Shown in pieces: positions 42,990 through 53,677 of a DNA stretch of 64,000 nt; position 1 is the first letter of the stretch; each line of letters begins with the position of its first letter. The translations under genes and the position numbers were made by a program. Location: contig OY759353.1 of assembly GCA_963662315.1 (NCBI GenBank), forward strand, positions 3,136,001-3,200,000, in the 5' to 3' direction. The notes beneath the pieces were generated by a model. That model was not told the DNA's origin. It ran no database searches and was given only the letters and a program-made list of their open reading frames with translations. This stretch comes from Geopsychrobacteraceae bacterium (lineage in GTDB: Bacteria > Desulfobacterota > Desulfuromonadia > Desulfuromonadales > Geopsychrobacteraceae).

Positions 42990-43018
42990 AAGCGGTGTTT
43001 CCTCTGGAAACACCGCTT
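42990..43018 (-). terminator. Intrinsic terminator after spy/cpxP-like gene
   Basis: aagcggtgtttcc-tct-ggaaacaccgctt, with a T-run on the minus strand. Confidence 0.75.
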
Positions 43019-43050
43019 GTAAAAGCTGCTATCAGCGATAGCGTAATGGC

Positions 43051-43629
43051 TTACCAGCGACCGCAGTTACTCCCCTTTGGGAAGCCTCCAACGGCAGAGC
43101 AATCACCTGTCGCCATTCTGTTGCCCCCAAATCCACGCCCTTGGGCCGGGAACAGGTTTTTTGCCTTTTCTTGTTGTTCAGGAGTCAACAGCGCATTTAT
43201 TTCCTGCTGCATCGTGGCGCGCTGTACCATCATGTCGGTTCTCATATCGGCCTGCTTTTGAGCTTCGGCGCGGAATTCTGCTTCATTAAAATCAGGTGCG
43301 TTGCGCATTGCTGCCAGCATATCGCGGCTGGCCAGCATTTTGGTCCGCAGGCTCTGGTTGTTCTGCCAATGCTGATCAAACAGGACGGTCAGCTTCGTCT
43401 GTTGATCAGTGCTCAGGTTCAGCATGTAGGTCATGCGCTCAATGCGTTGCTTGGTCATGGCCTGGTGCTGTTCCAAGGTCATCGCTGCCGGCCCTTGCCC
43501 TCTTGCCATCATGCCTTGCCCCTGTTGGCAATTGCCGCCACGGTAGTGACCACCGCCCCAGGCGAATACGCTGCCACTGGTAACGATCAATGCTATCAGG
43601 ATGGTTGGGATCATTATTTTTGTTTTCAT
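43051..43629 (-). CDS. Spy/CpxP-family periplasmic chaperone
   Basis: Signal peptide. LNLSTDQQ and LLTPEQQ (LTxxQ) motifs. Divergent from cpxRA-like pair. Confidence 0.88.
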   Translation of the reverse strand: MKTKIMIPTILIALIVTSGSVFAWGGGHYRGGNCQQGQGMMARGQGPAAMTLEQHQAMTKQRIERMTYMLNLSTDQQTKLTVLFDQHWQNNQSLRTKMLASRDMLAAMRNAPDFNEAEFRAEAQKQADMRTDMMVQRATMQQEINALLTPEQQEKAKNLFPAQGRGFGGNRMATGDCSAVGGFPKGSNCGRW

Positions 43630-43708
43630 GATTAAGCTCCTTGTTGTCCGTGTTTAGAGTTGCTGAATGCTGATGATGCAACTATAGCGAAGAGAATCTG
43701 AAGTGTGG

Positions 43709-43772
43709 GTTAAGAGGTGTAAAGTTATGTAAAGTTGGAAAATCAGCTGGATAATCCTTAACATTTCTTTAC
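43709..43772. promoter_or_regulatory. CpxR-type boxes
   Basis: GTTAA-N5-GTAAA-N5-GTAAA at 43709-43733 and reverse GTAAA-N5-GTTAA at 43758-43772. Confidence 0.7.
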
Positions 43773-43866
43773 AGCCTGAACTTCAGGAATTCGCTATGAT
43801 AGATAAAAACTCACGCCAGCTTGGAATCAAGACTCTTATCATGCTGGTTCCTGGGAGAAGAGAGTT

Positions 43867-44577
43867 ATGCAAAAAATACTGGTTATAGATGATGATACCG
43901 AACTGTGTGAACTGCTGTCTGATTACCTGAGCAGCGAAGGATTTCAGATCAGTACCGTACATAACGGCAGTGAAGGCGCTGATCGGGCGTTGGCGGGAAA
44001 GCACGATCTGGTGGTTCTCGATGTCATGCTGCCCGGTATGAAAGGTTTTGATGTCCTGCGTAAAGTCCGGGAACAGAGTAAGGTGCCGGTGATTATGTTG
44101 ACGGCTCGGGGGGAGGACATTGATCGCATCGTTGGTCTGGAACTGGGCGCGGATGATTACCTGCCCAAGCCGTTTAATCCACGCGAATTGGTCGCCCGTA
44201 TCCGGGCGGTTGGGCGCCGAATAGACGGGAGCGTGTCTGCGGCAGGTGAAACCCTTGGCGTGACCGAGATCAGCGTCGGCGATGTGACCTTGTGTACTAC
44301 TAATCGCACGGTCAAGCGGCATGGAGAACTGGTTGATCTGACTTCGGTGGAGTTCAGCTTGCTGGAGCAGTTACTCAATAATGCCGGCAAGGTTCTCAGC
44401 CGGGAAGATCTGGTTAAAGAAGTCCTTGGTCGTCAGCTTTCGGCTTATGACCGCAGTATTGATGTGCATATGAGTGCTCTGCGCCGCAAATTGGGTCATT
44501 ATGATGCTGGTCTGGAACGTATTCGCACCGTGCGCGGGGTTGGTTACCTCTATTGTTTGCCGGAAGGGCAACCCTGA
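43867..44577 (+). CDS. cpxR: OmpR-family response regulator, CpxR-like
   Basis: DVMLP, GLELGADDYLPKPFNPREL, YDRSIDVHMSALRRKL. Confidence 0.88.
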   Translation: MQKILVIDDDTELCELLSDYLSSEGFQISTVHNGSEGADRALAGKHDLVVLDVMLPGMKGFDVLRKVREQSKVPVIMLTARGEDIDRIVGLELGADDYLPKPFNPRELVARIRAVGRRIDGSVSAAGETLGVTEISVGDVTLCTTNRTVKRHGELVDLTSVEFSLLEQLLNNAGKVLSREDLVKEVLGRQLSAYDRSIDVHMSALRRKLGHYDAGLERIRTVRGVGYLYCLPEGQP

Positions 44578-45962
44578 TGCGTAGCCTGTTCTGGAAGATA
44601 TTCAGCAATTTCCTGTTGATTATTGTACTGATCGTATCGGTCGGGGTGACTTTGACCCTGATGCGTGATCAGGAATTCCCGCTACTGGCGCATCAGGAGT
44701 TCTCCCGCCGGGCCATTGCCGAATACGGTCGGGATGCTTTGACAGCCTATGATCGGTCAGGAAGCGCCGGGGTTGATGAGTACATTGAATCACTGCGGCG
44801 TAAATCGGGGATCGAACTGCTGTTACTGGATGAGTCTGGACGTTCCTTATCAAGCCGACAAGCGCCGCGCCGTATGCGCCGTATGATGGACCGTGCCCTG
44901 TGGAGCGGTGAAGTCATGCGACCTATGATGGGTAATCCTAATTCTGTCGCCGGGATCTATCGTGCGCCAGATGGGCGGCGCTTTCTGGTTTCCGTGGCAG
45001 TGCCTGCGCGAACTCGCCCCAGAGAGCTTATCGAGGCGTTAACCCACGGTTTTCTGGGTTGGAAACTACTGGTTTTGCTGGCAATCACAGCCGTTGTCTG
45101 CTGGTTATTGGCGCGTTCCTTGACCTCTCCGATTAAGCGCTTGCGCGAAGCAACCTGTCGCTTTGCCGATGGAGATCTGTCAACGCGCATCGGCACCAAG
45201 ATTACCGGAGGGCATGAGCTGGCCGCGCTGGCCCGAGATTTCGATGAAATGGCCATGAAGATTGAGGGCCTGGTCGGATCTCAGCAGCGCTTACTCAGGG
45301 ATATCAGTCATGAATTGCGCTCGCCCCTGGCCCGCCTGAGCATCGCGCTGGAACTGGCCCGGCAGAAACAGGGTGAAGGGAGTGAAAGAGCGCTAAACCG
45401 GATTGAGCTTGAGTCTCAGCGTATGAACGAAATGATCGGTCAGTTACTCAGCCTGACCCGTCTGGAAAGTGACATAAAAGAGATTAAAAGAACCTCCTTC
45501 GATCTGGCTCTCATGCTGGAACGGTTGGTCCATGACGCCGATTTTGAAGCAGCAGCAAAAGATTGTCACGTTGTTTACCAAGGTCCGTCACAACTGATTT
45601 GGCATGGTCATAAGGAGCTGTTGGCCAGAGCGGTAGAAAATGTCATACGTAACGCAGTGAAATATACGCAGAATAAAAGTGAGGTAAAGGTCAACCTGCA
45701 GGTTGTTGGGAACCATATCGTCCTGCAGGTGCAGGATAGTGGACCGGGGGTACCTGAGGCTGCTCTGGAAAAGCTGTTTATCCCCTTTTACCGGGTCGAA
45801 GATGACCGGGACCGTAAAAGTGGTGGAACCGGAATTGGCCTAGCTATTGCCGAGCGGGCAGTTAAGCTTCACGGTGGAATCATCAAAGCCGAAAATCGGG
45901 CTGAAGGGGGCTTGAAGATAGAAATGATATTTCCAAAAAAATGCATAAAATATATATATTGA
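44577..45962 (+). CDS. cpxA: HAMP sensor histidine kinase, CpxA-like
   Basis: Two TMs, HAMP, DISHELRSPLARL, ENVIRNA, GGTGIGLAI. TGATG overlap with cpxR. Confidence 0.88.
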   Translation: MRSLFWKIFSNFLLIIVLIVSVGVTLTLMRDQEFPLLAHQEFSRRAIAEYGRDALTAYDRSGSAGVDEYIESLRRKSGIELLLLDESGRSLSSRQAPRRMRRMMDRALWSGEVMRPMMGNPNSVAGIYRAPDGRRFLVSVAVPARTRPRELIEALTHGFLGWKLLVLLAITAVVCWLLARSLTSPIKRLREATCRFADGDLSTRIGTKITGGHELAALARDFDEMAMKIEGLVGSQQRLLRDISHELRSPLARLSIALELARQKQGEGSERALNRIELESQRMNEMIGQLLSLTRLESDIKEIKRTSFDLALMLERLVHDADFEAAAKDCHVVYQGPSQLIWHGHKELLARAVENVIRNAVKYTQNKSEVKVNLQVVGNHIVLQVQDSGPGVPEAALEKLFIPFYRVEDDRDRKSGGTGIGLAIAERAVKLHGGIIKAENRAEGGLKIEMIFPKKCIKYIY

Positions 45963-46013
45963 AAAAAATATGAATATGGGTTAGTTTAAGACTGTGAGAG
46001 AGATGGAGAATTT

Positions 46014-46187
46014 ATGGCAGATTTTCTGTATTTAATTGGCTTCATTGTTTTCTGGTATGTTTTGAACCGCTGGATTTTGCCCCGTATGGGGGTGCAGACG
46101 TGAATGTCTGATGCCTGTGAACTTCCGCGTGACGGAAAGAAAAAGAACAGTCAAAAATCTTCGGAGAATGTGGACGAGACACAATAG
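46014..46187 (+). CDS. Small single-TM protein, candidate selenoprotein (57 aa, TGA at codon 30)
   Basis: RBS ggag. MADFLYLIGFIVFWYVLNRWILPRMGVQT-TGA(46101-03)-MSDACELPRDGKKKNSQKSSENVDETQ-TAG. Hairpin uuccg-cguga-cggaa 20-34 nt after UGA. Terminator directly after the TAG. Confidence 0.6.
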
Positions 46188-46188
46188 T

Positions 46189-46230
46189 AACAGAAAACGC
46201 CCTGCTGGAATCAGCAGGGCGTTTTCTGTT
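46189..46230. terminator. Bidirectional intrinsic terminator
   Basis: aacagaaaacgccctgctg-gaat-cagcagggcgttttctgtt between convergent genes. Confidence 0.8.
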
Positions 46231-46295
46231 TAAACCAATTCCAAAACCATATCGGCAATAGTTGTATTGGGGAATTTTACTTAAGGCGTCCCTCA

Positions 46296-46676
46296 TCAGA
46301 ACTCATCGCATATATGGGCATCCCCTGCAGGTTCAGACGTATCACCGTCAGTGCCATCAGCAGAATCATTCTCGACCATATCCATGCAGGTGTTGATCGC
46401 TTTCAGGACCGGGTCGTTTTCCAATTTGTCATGATATTCAAGCACTGTCTGTTGCGCCTGATCGCGTTTGCCGCTGGCGCAAAGCGCCTGAAGCTTGGCA
46501 GCGAGTGCCAGGCTCTGCTGCTGATATTCCTGCAAGCGGCTCTGATCGATATTCTCCATGCAGCTCGCCATAGCCGCCAATTGCTGCAGGTCTGGTGCCT
46601 CAATATCTTGAGGAAGAGTTTGAGCGAATAGAGATGCTGGTATCAGCAGGATAAACAAAAGGCTAATCCATTTCAT
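46296..46676 (-). CDS. Hypothetical exported helical protein with 4 Cys
   Basis: Signal peptide MKWISLLFILLIPASLFA. RBS aagggggg. Confidence 0.75.
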   Translation of the reverse strand: MKWISLLFILLIPASLFAQTLPQDIEAPDLQQLAAMASCMENIDQSRLQEYQQQSLALAAKLQALCASGKRDQAQQTVLEYHDKLENDPVLKAINTCMDMVENDSADGTDGDTSEPAGDAHICDEF

Positions 46677-46831
46677 GGCTTCCCCCCTTTAAGAAATACT
46701 GTCAGTTGAAATTGAGGTGTTTGTTTCAATAGGCAATGCGATTAATATAATAGCAATGACAACGGCTTTTTCAACAAACATTAACTACTTAGGCCTGGAT
46801 ATGCCGGGCAACTATAAAAAGGTAAGAGCAT

Positions 46832-48247
46832 TCATAGGTAGGGTGAAAACAGCTTGCAGAACGAGTCGCGCAGACGCAATGGCATAGATCTGCGATCAAC
46901 CTCTTCAAGGGAGATTTCACGGGCAGCCAGGCGGCATTCATCGAAGTGGGTAATCAGCTCCGCGACAGTATCGTTAGCAAAAATCTCGACGTTAAATTCG
47001 AAATTAAGGCGCAAGCTGCGCGGATCGAGGTTGGCCGAACCGACCAGGGCATATTCATCATCGATGATCAGCAGCTTGCTGTGCACAAAAGGTGGTGGCT
47101 GGAAATAAATGTGGGTTTTAAGTTCGAGCAGTTCGAACAGGTAGGCATTGGAAGCCCAGGCAACATAAGGGAGGTTGTTTTTTGCAGGAAGCAGAATCTC
47201 AACCTTTACCCCGCGTAAGGATGCGGCATTAATCGCCGCAAGTTGGGCGCGGGTAGGAATGAAATAGGGGGTCATGATACGGATGTGGTGCTGGGCACAC
47301 GAGAGGGCACCAATGAATATCCAGTTGAGCTTTTCATGTTGCTCGTTGGGGCCGGCGCTGATACCGCGACAGCAGGCTTCTCCAACAGCAGGTATTGGCG
47401 GCCATTCTTTCGGTTTGCGTTTTTCATTGGTGGCGAAGTGCCAGTCTTCCATGAAGGCATCTCGAAACTGCCCTAGGATTGGTCCCTCAAGTTTAAAATG
47501 GATGTCGATGATACGATCAGGCTCCTGCCCGGAAGCCAGATGTTTTTTGCGAATATTCATGCCACCGGTAAAGCAGCAGCTACTGTCGACAATCAGCAGT
47601 TTGCGGTGATTGCGCAGGTTGAAATAAAAACTCTGTTGCAGGTTCAGAGGCAGGAACAAGGCCGACTGAACGGCTGTATTACGAAACCGGGAACGGATTT
47701 TTCGCAGCGAGTAAAGTTCTCCATAGGCGTCAATAAGAACACGGACGTCAACGCCGCGCTGGGCCGCGGCGATCAACGCTTCAGCAAAAACTTTGCCGGT
47801 TTTGTCGTCTTTGAAAATATAGCTACTGAGAAAGATGCACTGCTGCGCCTGGTTGATGGCCTCCAACATGGCTGGAAATGCCTGTTCGCCATTATGCAGA
47901 ACCTGAATCCGGTTTCCGTAGCGTAACGGTCGACGGGTGACAAAATCACTCAGGTTGATCAGCGCAGTGGCTGTGTGGCTGGTTGGAAAATGGGCCAGAT
48001 CGGTTGGCCGCGGCGGCTGGTCGACATGCAGCCAGTGCATCCCCTGCCCCTGTTCCTGCAGTTCGCGGGCGCGGGTACGAATGCGGTTGACTCCCAGCAG
48101 CCAGTAAAACAAGGCACCAATGCCGGGTAAGGCCATACAGGTCACAATCCAGCCTAGCGCAGCGCGCGGGTCGCGTTTGGACAACAGTGCGTGGCCGGCG
48201 GATAGCAGAGAGAAGATCCACAGACAGGCCAACAAAAGTGGCAGCAT
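46832..48247 (-). CDS. cls: Cardiolipin synthase (PLD family)
   Basis: Two N-terminal TMs and two HKD motifs (RNHRKLLIVD, HSKLLIID), GSANLD. Confidence 0.92.
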   Translation of the reverse strand: MLPLLLACLWIFSLLSAGHALLSKRDPRAALGWIVTCMALPGIGALFYWLLGVNRIRTRARELQEQGQGMHWLHVDQPPRPTDLAHFPTSHTATALINLSDFVTRRPLRYGNRIQVLHNGEQAFPAMLEAINQAQQCIFLSSYIFKDDKTGKVFAEALIAAAQRGVDVRVLIDAYGELYSLRKIRSRFRNTAVQSALFLPLNLQQSFYFNLRNHRKLLIVDSSCCFTGGMNIRKKHLASGQEPDRIIDIHFKLEGPILGQFRDAFMEDWHFATNEKRKPKEWPPIPAVGEACCRGISAGPNEQHEKLNWIFIGALSCAQHHIRIMTPYFIPTRAQLAAINAASLRGVKVEILLPAKNNLPYVAWASNAYLFELLELKTHIYFQPPPFVHSKLLIIDDEYALVGSANLDPRSLRLNFEFNVEIFANDTVAELITHFDECRLAAREISLEEVDRRSMPLRLRDSFCKLFSPYL

Positions 48248-48492
48248 CAAACCTCCACATGCAGGGCAAAAAGTGTGAGTATTCTATAGTCCATGTGCGG
48301 ATGGCATCTGCCCCCACTTTGGGTGATCCCTTTCTGGAAGATTAACAGGTTTGCCACGTGCTGTCTATTCAGGCGGACTTGAATGAATAGGTATTGGTGT
48401 AATAATCTTGCTAGGTTGTCTGATCTTGGGCAGGAGAAGCAGCGTGAAAATGAAAAAGGCTGCGCCTGGAAGACGCAGCCCTGATTAACCCG

Positions 48493-48825
48493 TTAGCGTA
48501 ATGAAGTGCCGCAGCGTGGGCAGGTCAGAACCGTATTTGTTCTTACCTTTTCACCACATGTCGGGCAGTTGAACCAGTGCCGGCAATGACGGCATTGTTG
48601 TTCAGACAGCCCCTGCTTCTTTTTGCACTTGGGGCACTGGCGGTACATTTTACGATTTTTCAGGTAATCTTCAAAAAACAAACCACAGCGGGGGCATTCG
48701 GTTGCACCCGGTTTGATTTGTGTCTCACAGCCCGGTATGGGACATTTCAGTACAGTTTTGCAGCTGTTGCACCAGTAGTCCCCTTTTAGTTGTTCGCCAC
48801 ATGTCGGACATTTTTTTGTTGCCAT
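48493..48825 (-). CDS. Multi zinc-ribbon (DZR-like) protein
   Basis: Eight Cys pairs: CPTC, CNSC, CPIPGC, CPRC, CPKC, CRHC, CPTC, CPRC. Confidence 0.8.
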   Translation of the reverse strand: MATKKCPTCGEQLKGDYWCNSCKTVLKCPIPGCETQIKPGATECPRCGLFFEDYLKNRKMYRQCPKCKKKQGLSEQQCRHCRHWFNCPTCGEKVRTNTVLTCPRCGTSLR

Positions 48826-49028
48826 TGCGTGCTCCATAAATCGATTCTGGCTAGATGATGTTTCGATCTGAAGCCCTATCATAGTCGACAAACTGCAACT
48901 TGCCAAGAGACAAGAATTTTGTCTTGTATGACAGTGGTGTTCCCAAACAAAAAAGTCGCCCTGGCAGGCGACTTTGACGTATTAAAAGCTTAAATTGCAG
49001 ATTCGGATAAGCCTTATGAGAGATATTT

Positions 49029-49427
49029 CTAAGGTGTCAGCTTGGCCGTAAGAGTCGGTTCATTACGTTTCATAACGAACAGGTAGCTTTCTTTAAGCTT
49101 TTTGGTAAAGAAGGTGCCCAGCCACAATGGGCTCCACACCAGACCGGCCATTAACCAGCCTTTGAGGGCTCCGGAATCGACCTTGTCTGCTTTGATGGTT
49201 AAGGCAATCTCTTCATATCCCTGACGTTTAACCTGGATATCATGTGAGGTCCCGGAGCTTAAGTGATAATCATAGCGAACCGGGGTCTGGCCAACCTCTT
49301 TACCATCGATCAGCACCAGGGCGCCGGAAGGTTCGGAGTGTATGAGGGCTTGTTGCGAAGCACAGGCGCTGAGGAATAATAAGGCAACAAGCAGGGCGAT
49401 GCATTTAAAACTGACACAACTTTTCAT
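49029..49427 (-). CDS. PEGA-domain lipoprotein
   Basis: Lipobox LSAC. SEPSGALVLIDGKEVGQTP...KRQGY. Confidence 0.85.
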   Translation of the reverse strand: MKSCVSFKCIALLVALLFLSACASQQALIHSEPSGALVLIDGKEVGQTPVRYDYHLSSGTSHDIQVKRQGYEEIALTIKADKVDSGALKGWLMAGLVWSPLWLGTFFTKKLKESYLFVMKRNEPTLTAKLTP

Positions 49428-49464
49428 TTAGAAACTCCCTGCGGCTAATGTTGCCTGAAAACAA

Positions 49465-49480
49465 TGCAAAGCATATGCCT
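49465..49480 (-). promoter_or_regulatory. Putative sigma54 (-24/-12) promoter of the PEGA lipoprotein gene
   Basis: Minus strand aGGCAtatgctTTGCa = GG-N10-GC. Confidence 0.55.
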
Positions 49481-49661
49481 TCCTGTAAATAAAAGTGCAA
49501 GGGAGCATATCTCTCCCATGAAAAAAATGAAAAGCATCTGATTAAGGTGGGTTATCGGATCTTCATGAGCTTATAGTGCTGTTTTAATTAAACTTCTGGT
49601 TAATATGGATGTGGCAGATTTACGTCAGTTTTTGTCAACCTGTGCAGCAATTGCACTAATG

Positions 49662-52481
49662 TCAGCTTTTTGCAGGTAAATACTGACGCAAGAAGCGCCC
49701 CGTGTGCGATTCTTCACAAGCGGCCACGTCTTCCGGGGTTCCCGCAACCAGAATCAGTCCGCCATTACGTCCCCCTTCAGGTCCAAGATCGATGATATGA
49801 TCGGCAGTCTTGATGACATCAAGATTATGCTCGATAACCACCACCGTATTCCCGGTTTCAACCAGTCGGTCGAGAACTTCAAGCAGCTTATGGATATCGG
49901 CAAAGTGCAGTCCGGTGGTTGGTTCGTCAAGAATATAAATCGTTTTTCCCGTAGCGCGCTTGCCGAGTTCGCGGGCCAGCTTGACACGCTGCGCTTCACC
50001 CCCGGAGAGGGTCGTCGCGCTCTGGCCGAGTTTGATATAGCCGAGACCAACATCCCTGATCGTCTCAAGTTTGTTACTGATTTTAGGGATGTTTTCAAGG
50101 AATTTACTGGCCTGGTTGACGGTCATATCGAGAACCTCGGCGATGCTTTTGCCTTTGTATTTAACCTCCAGGGTTTCTCGATTATAGCGCGCCCCTTTGC
50201 ACACTTCGCATTGCACATAAACATCGGGAAGGAAGTGCATTTCAATTTTGATGATGCCGTCGCCACTACAGGCTTCACAACGCCCCCCTTTGACGTTGAA
50301 TGAGAAACGCCCGGCTTTGTAGCCGCGGATTTTGGCCTCCGGAAGTTGGGCAAACAGCTCCCGGACATCGGTAAATACACCGGTATAGGTGGCTGGGTTG
50401 GAACGTGGCGTGCGTCCAATCGGTGACTGGTCGATATCGATGACCTTGTCAAGCTGCTCAAGGCCGATGATCTCTCTGACCGGGCCCGATTTTTCGCGGG
50501 TGCGGTGCAGGCGCTGGGCGAGGGCTTTATACAGGGTTTCTATGACCAGGGAAGATTTTCCTGAACCGGATACGCCGGTAAAACAGGTCAGCACCCCCAA
50601 TGGTACCTTGACATCAACATCACGCAGGTTATTGGCCTGGGCCCCGCGGATTTCAAGCCAGCGGTCAGAGGTGCGCCGCTGTGCAGGCACTTCGATACGA
50701 CGTTTACCGGACAGGTATTCGCCGGTCAGCGAGCCGGGCACCGCCATGACCTGCTCCGGAGTTCCCTGGGCGACAACTTCTCCGCCGTGGACGCCTGCCG
50801 CAGGTCCCATATCGATAACATGGTCAGCGGCTGCGATGGTTTCCTCGTCATGCTCAACGACCAATACGGTGTTCCCCAGATCGCGTAAGCGTTTCAGGGT
50901 GGTCAGCAGGCGCTGATTGTCGCGTTGGTGCAGGCCGATGGACGGCTCATCAAGAATATAGAGCACGCCGGTCAGGGAGGAGCCGATCTGGGTGGCCAGT
51001 CGGATGCGTTGTCCTTCCCCTCCGCTCAAAGTTCCAGCACTGCGGTCAAGGGTCAGGTAATCAAGACCCACATGGGATAAAAAAGACAGGCGCTCGCGAA
51101 TTTCTTTAAGAATGCGGCGAGCGATCTCCATCTCTTTCGGTGGGAGTTGCAGCTCGGCAAAAAAGGTCTCGGCCTCGGCGATCGACATGCCGGTGGTTTC
51201 CCGGATATTTTTATCACCGACGGTAACATGCAGCGCTTCCGGACGTAAACGGGCCCCTTCGCAGGTCGCGCAGGGGATGACACTCATAAAGCGTTCAAGA
51301 TTTTCCCTCACACTGTCGGAATCGGTTTCGTGGTAGCGGCGTTCCAGATTGGGGATAACCCCTTCGAATGTTTTGTCGTAATAGTGCCGACGCTCGCCCT
51401 GATCGTAGAAAAAGCGGATCTCTTCGTCGCCGGACCCGTAAAGGATAATTTTCTGGATTTGCTCAGGAATTTTGCAAAATGGGGTGCGCAGATCAATATC
51501 GTAGTGCATGGCGATGGCTTCAAGCAGCGACTGATAATAGTAGCCGGTACGGGTATCCCATGGGACGATGGCCCCATCGCGCAACGACAGATCAGGATTG
51601 GGCACGACCTGCTCACGGTCAAAAAACATACGTGTCCCCAGCCCGCTGCAATCGGGACAGGCGCCATGGGGATTGTTGAAGGAGAACATGCGGGGGGTGA
51701 CTTCCGGATAGGACAGGCCACAGTCGATACAGGCGTGATTGGCAGAAAACAGGCGACTTTCGCCATCCGGTACTTCAATACGCACCAGCCCATCAGCCAG
51801 GCGCAGGGCGGTTTCGATGGAATCGGCCAGGCGCGAGGTGATATCCGGTTTGATGACCAGACGGTCAACCACAACTTCAAGAGTATGTTTCTTCTGTTTA
51901 TCAAGTTCGATCTTTTCACCCAGCTCATGCATGGTGCCATCGATGCGGATGCGCACGAAACCATCGGCCTGCAGCTGGGCCATTTCCTTGCGGTATTCCC
52001 CTTTGCGCTCACGCACGATAGGAGCCATGACCATCAGGCGAGTACGTTCGGGCAGTTGCATGACCTGATCAACCATCTGTTCGACGGTTTGGGAACTGAT
52101 CTTTTCGCCGCAACGGTGGCAGAGGATTTCGCCGACCCGGGCATACAACAGCCGCAGATAATCGTAGATTTCCGTGACGGTTCCAACTGTGGAACGCGGA
52201 TTTTTGGAGGTGGTTTTCTGCTCAATGGAGATGGCTGGAGACAGACCATCAATCTGGTCAACGTCCGGTTTTTCCATTTGCTCAAGAAACTGCCGGGCAT
52301 AGGCGGACAGACTTTCGACATAGCGACGCTGCCCTTCGGCATAGATGGTATCGAAAGCCAGGGTACTTTTGCCGGAACCGGAAACGCCGGTGATAATGAC
52401 CAGTTGATCCCTGGGAATGTCGATGTCGATGTTTTTCAGGTTGTGCTCACGGGCGCCACGGATTTTTATCTTGTCGATCAT
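49662..52481 (-). CDS. uvrA: Excinuclease ABC subunit A
   Basis: Two Walker A GVSGSGKS, zinc fingers, LSGGE signatures. Confidence 0.99.
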   Translation of the reverse strand: MIDKIKIRGAREHNLKNIDIDIPRDQLVIITGVSGSGKSTLAFDTIYAEGQRRYVESLSAYARQFLEQMEKPDVDQIDGLSPAISIEQKTTSKNPRSTVGTVTEIYDYLRLLYARVGEILCHRCGEKISSQTVEQMVDQVMQLPERTRLMVMAPIVRERKGEYRKEMAQLQADGFVRIRIDGTMHELGEKIELDKQKKHTLEVVVDRLVIKPDITSRLADSIETALRLADGLVRIEVPDGESRLFSANHACIDCGLSYPEVTPRMFSFNNPHGACPDCSGLGTRMFFDREQVVPNPDLSLRDGAIVPWDTRTGYYYQSLLEAIAMHYDIDLRTPFCKIPEQIQKIILYGSGDEEIRFFYDQGERRHYYDKTFEGVIPNLERRYHETDSDSVRENLERFMSVIPCATCEGARLRPEALHVTVGDKNIRETTGMSIAEAETFFAELQLPPKEMEIARRILKEIRERLSFLSHVGLDYLTLDRSAGTLSGGEGQRIRLATQIGSSLTGVLYILDEPSIGLHQRDNQRLLTTLKRLRDLGNTVLVVEHDEETIAAADHVIDMGPAAGVHGGEVVAQGTPEQVMAVPGSLTGEYLSGKRRIEVPAQRRTSDRWLEIRGAQANNLRDVDVKVPLGVLTCFTGVSGSGKSSLVIETLYKALAQRLHRTREKSGPVREIIGLEQLDKVIDIDQSPIGRTPRSNPATYTGVFTDVRELFAQLPEAKIRGYKAGRFSFNVKGGRCEACSGDGIIKIEMHFLPDVYVQCEVCKGARYNRETLEVKYKGKSIAEVLDMTVNQASKFLENIPKISNKLETIRDVGLGYIKLGQSATTLSGGEAQRVKLARELGKRATGKTIYILDEPTTGLHFADIHKLLEVLDRLVETGNTVVVIEHNLDVIKTADHIIDLGPEGGRNGGLILVAGTPEDVAACEESHTGRFLRQYLPAKS

Positions 52482-52506
52482 GATGAACTCGTTTTCTGTA
52501 CCGCTG

Positions 52507-53517
52507 TCAAACGACGGGAAATTTTTTCATGCTGACAGCCATGTGGTCGGCCATCTTGAGGGCGGCAACCAGGCTGGCACAATTAGCTGAGCCGCTGCCG
52601 GCGATGTTATAGGCAGTGCCATGGTCGACGCTGGTACGCACAATCGGCAGCCCCAGGGTGACATTGACCGCGTCCTCAAAGTGCAGCAGTTTCAGTGGGA
52701 TCAGCCCCTGGTCGTGGTACATGCAGATGACCGCATCGTATTCGCCACGGGCAGCAAAGAAAAACAGTGTGTCGGCACTGTGTGGGCCATCAACATTAAT
52801 CCCTTGAGCTTTGGCTGCTTCAATGGCAGGGGTAATCAGCCGCGCCTCCTCGTCGCCGAAGAGACCGTTTTCGCCGGCATGAGGATTAAGCGCCAGGACC
52901 GCCAGTTTCGGGTTGGTGAGCCCGAATTGCTGCTTGAGGCTGGTTGCGGTTATGCGGATGGTGGCACCGATTTCTTCACTGGTCAGGGCTTGCGGAACAT
53001 CCCTATACGCCAGGTGCGTAGTCACCAGGCTCACTTTGAGTCGGCTACCGGCCAGCATCATCACCACTTTAGGGGTATCACAGCGCTCCGCCAGTAATTC
53101 GGTGTGTCCGGGGAAATGATAGCCTGCTGCATTAATGGCCGCTTTATTGATGGGCGCAGTAACAATGCCAGCGGCCTGTCCGCCAAGGCACTGAGCTGTG
53201 GCATATTCGATATAATCCGCCATGGCTTTGCCGCAGGCTCTGTCCGGGTGACCATAGCGTAGGGTAGCGGGATTCAGGGCGGAAATGCTGTGCACAACAA
53301 ATTTGCGCTTTTTTACCGTAACGGTGTAGCGATTTTCGCCCAGATACTCAGGTTGCAGGTCCGTTTGAAAGATGGTGGCCGCCTGTTTCAGAACGTCAAT
53401 ATCGCCGACAATCTGCAGTGGATGCTGCAAGGCAGGGTGTTCACCGGCAAGAGTTTTGATAATCAGTTCCGGGCCGACGCCGGTAGGGTCGCCCATGGTA
53501 ATTAACAGCGGTTGCAT
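52507..53517 (-). CDS. pdxA: 4-hydroxythreonine-4-phosphate dehydrogenase
   Basis: [40 protein letters not shown]. Confidence 0.97.
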   Translation of the reverse strand: MQPLLITMGDPTGVGPELIIKTLAGEHPALQHPLQIVGDIDVLKQAATIFQTDLQPEYLGENRYTVTVKKRKFVVHSISALNPATLRYGHPDRACGKAMADYIEYATAQCLGGQAAGIVTAPINKAAINAAGYHFPGHTELLAERCDTPKVVMMLAGSRLKVSLVTTHLAYRDVPQALTSEEIGATIRITATSLKQQFGLTNPKLAVLALNPHAGENGLFGDEEARLITPAIEAAKAQGINVDGPHSADTLFFFAARGEYDAVICMYHDQGLIPLKLLHFEDAVNVTLGLPIVRTSVDHGTAYNIAGSGSANCASLVAALKMADHMAVSMKKFPVV

Positions 53518-53677
53518 GTTCTTCCTATAGCAGCAGGGTGCTGAAAATTGTCGCACGGACAGTTTCAACACCCTGATAAGATGAAAAGTTCAATAGATTA
53601 CTATAGCGGAAGAAGATTGCCGGAAACAAGGCCCAAGGTTAAAAAGACTTCTGGCCCCGGGAGGCCTCCGGATACAT

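Noticed and set aside
46042..46296. 84-aa minus-strand ORF
   Set aside because: It runs through a strong terminator and is antisense to the better-supported small TM ORF.
48493..48825. Multiheme cytochrome interpretation of the Cys-rich protein
   Set aside because: No CxxCH motifs and no signal peptide.
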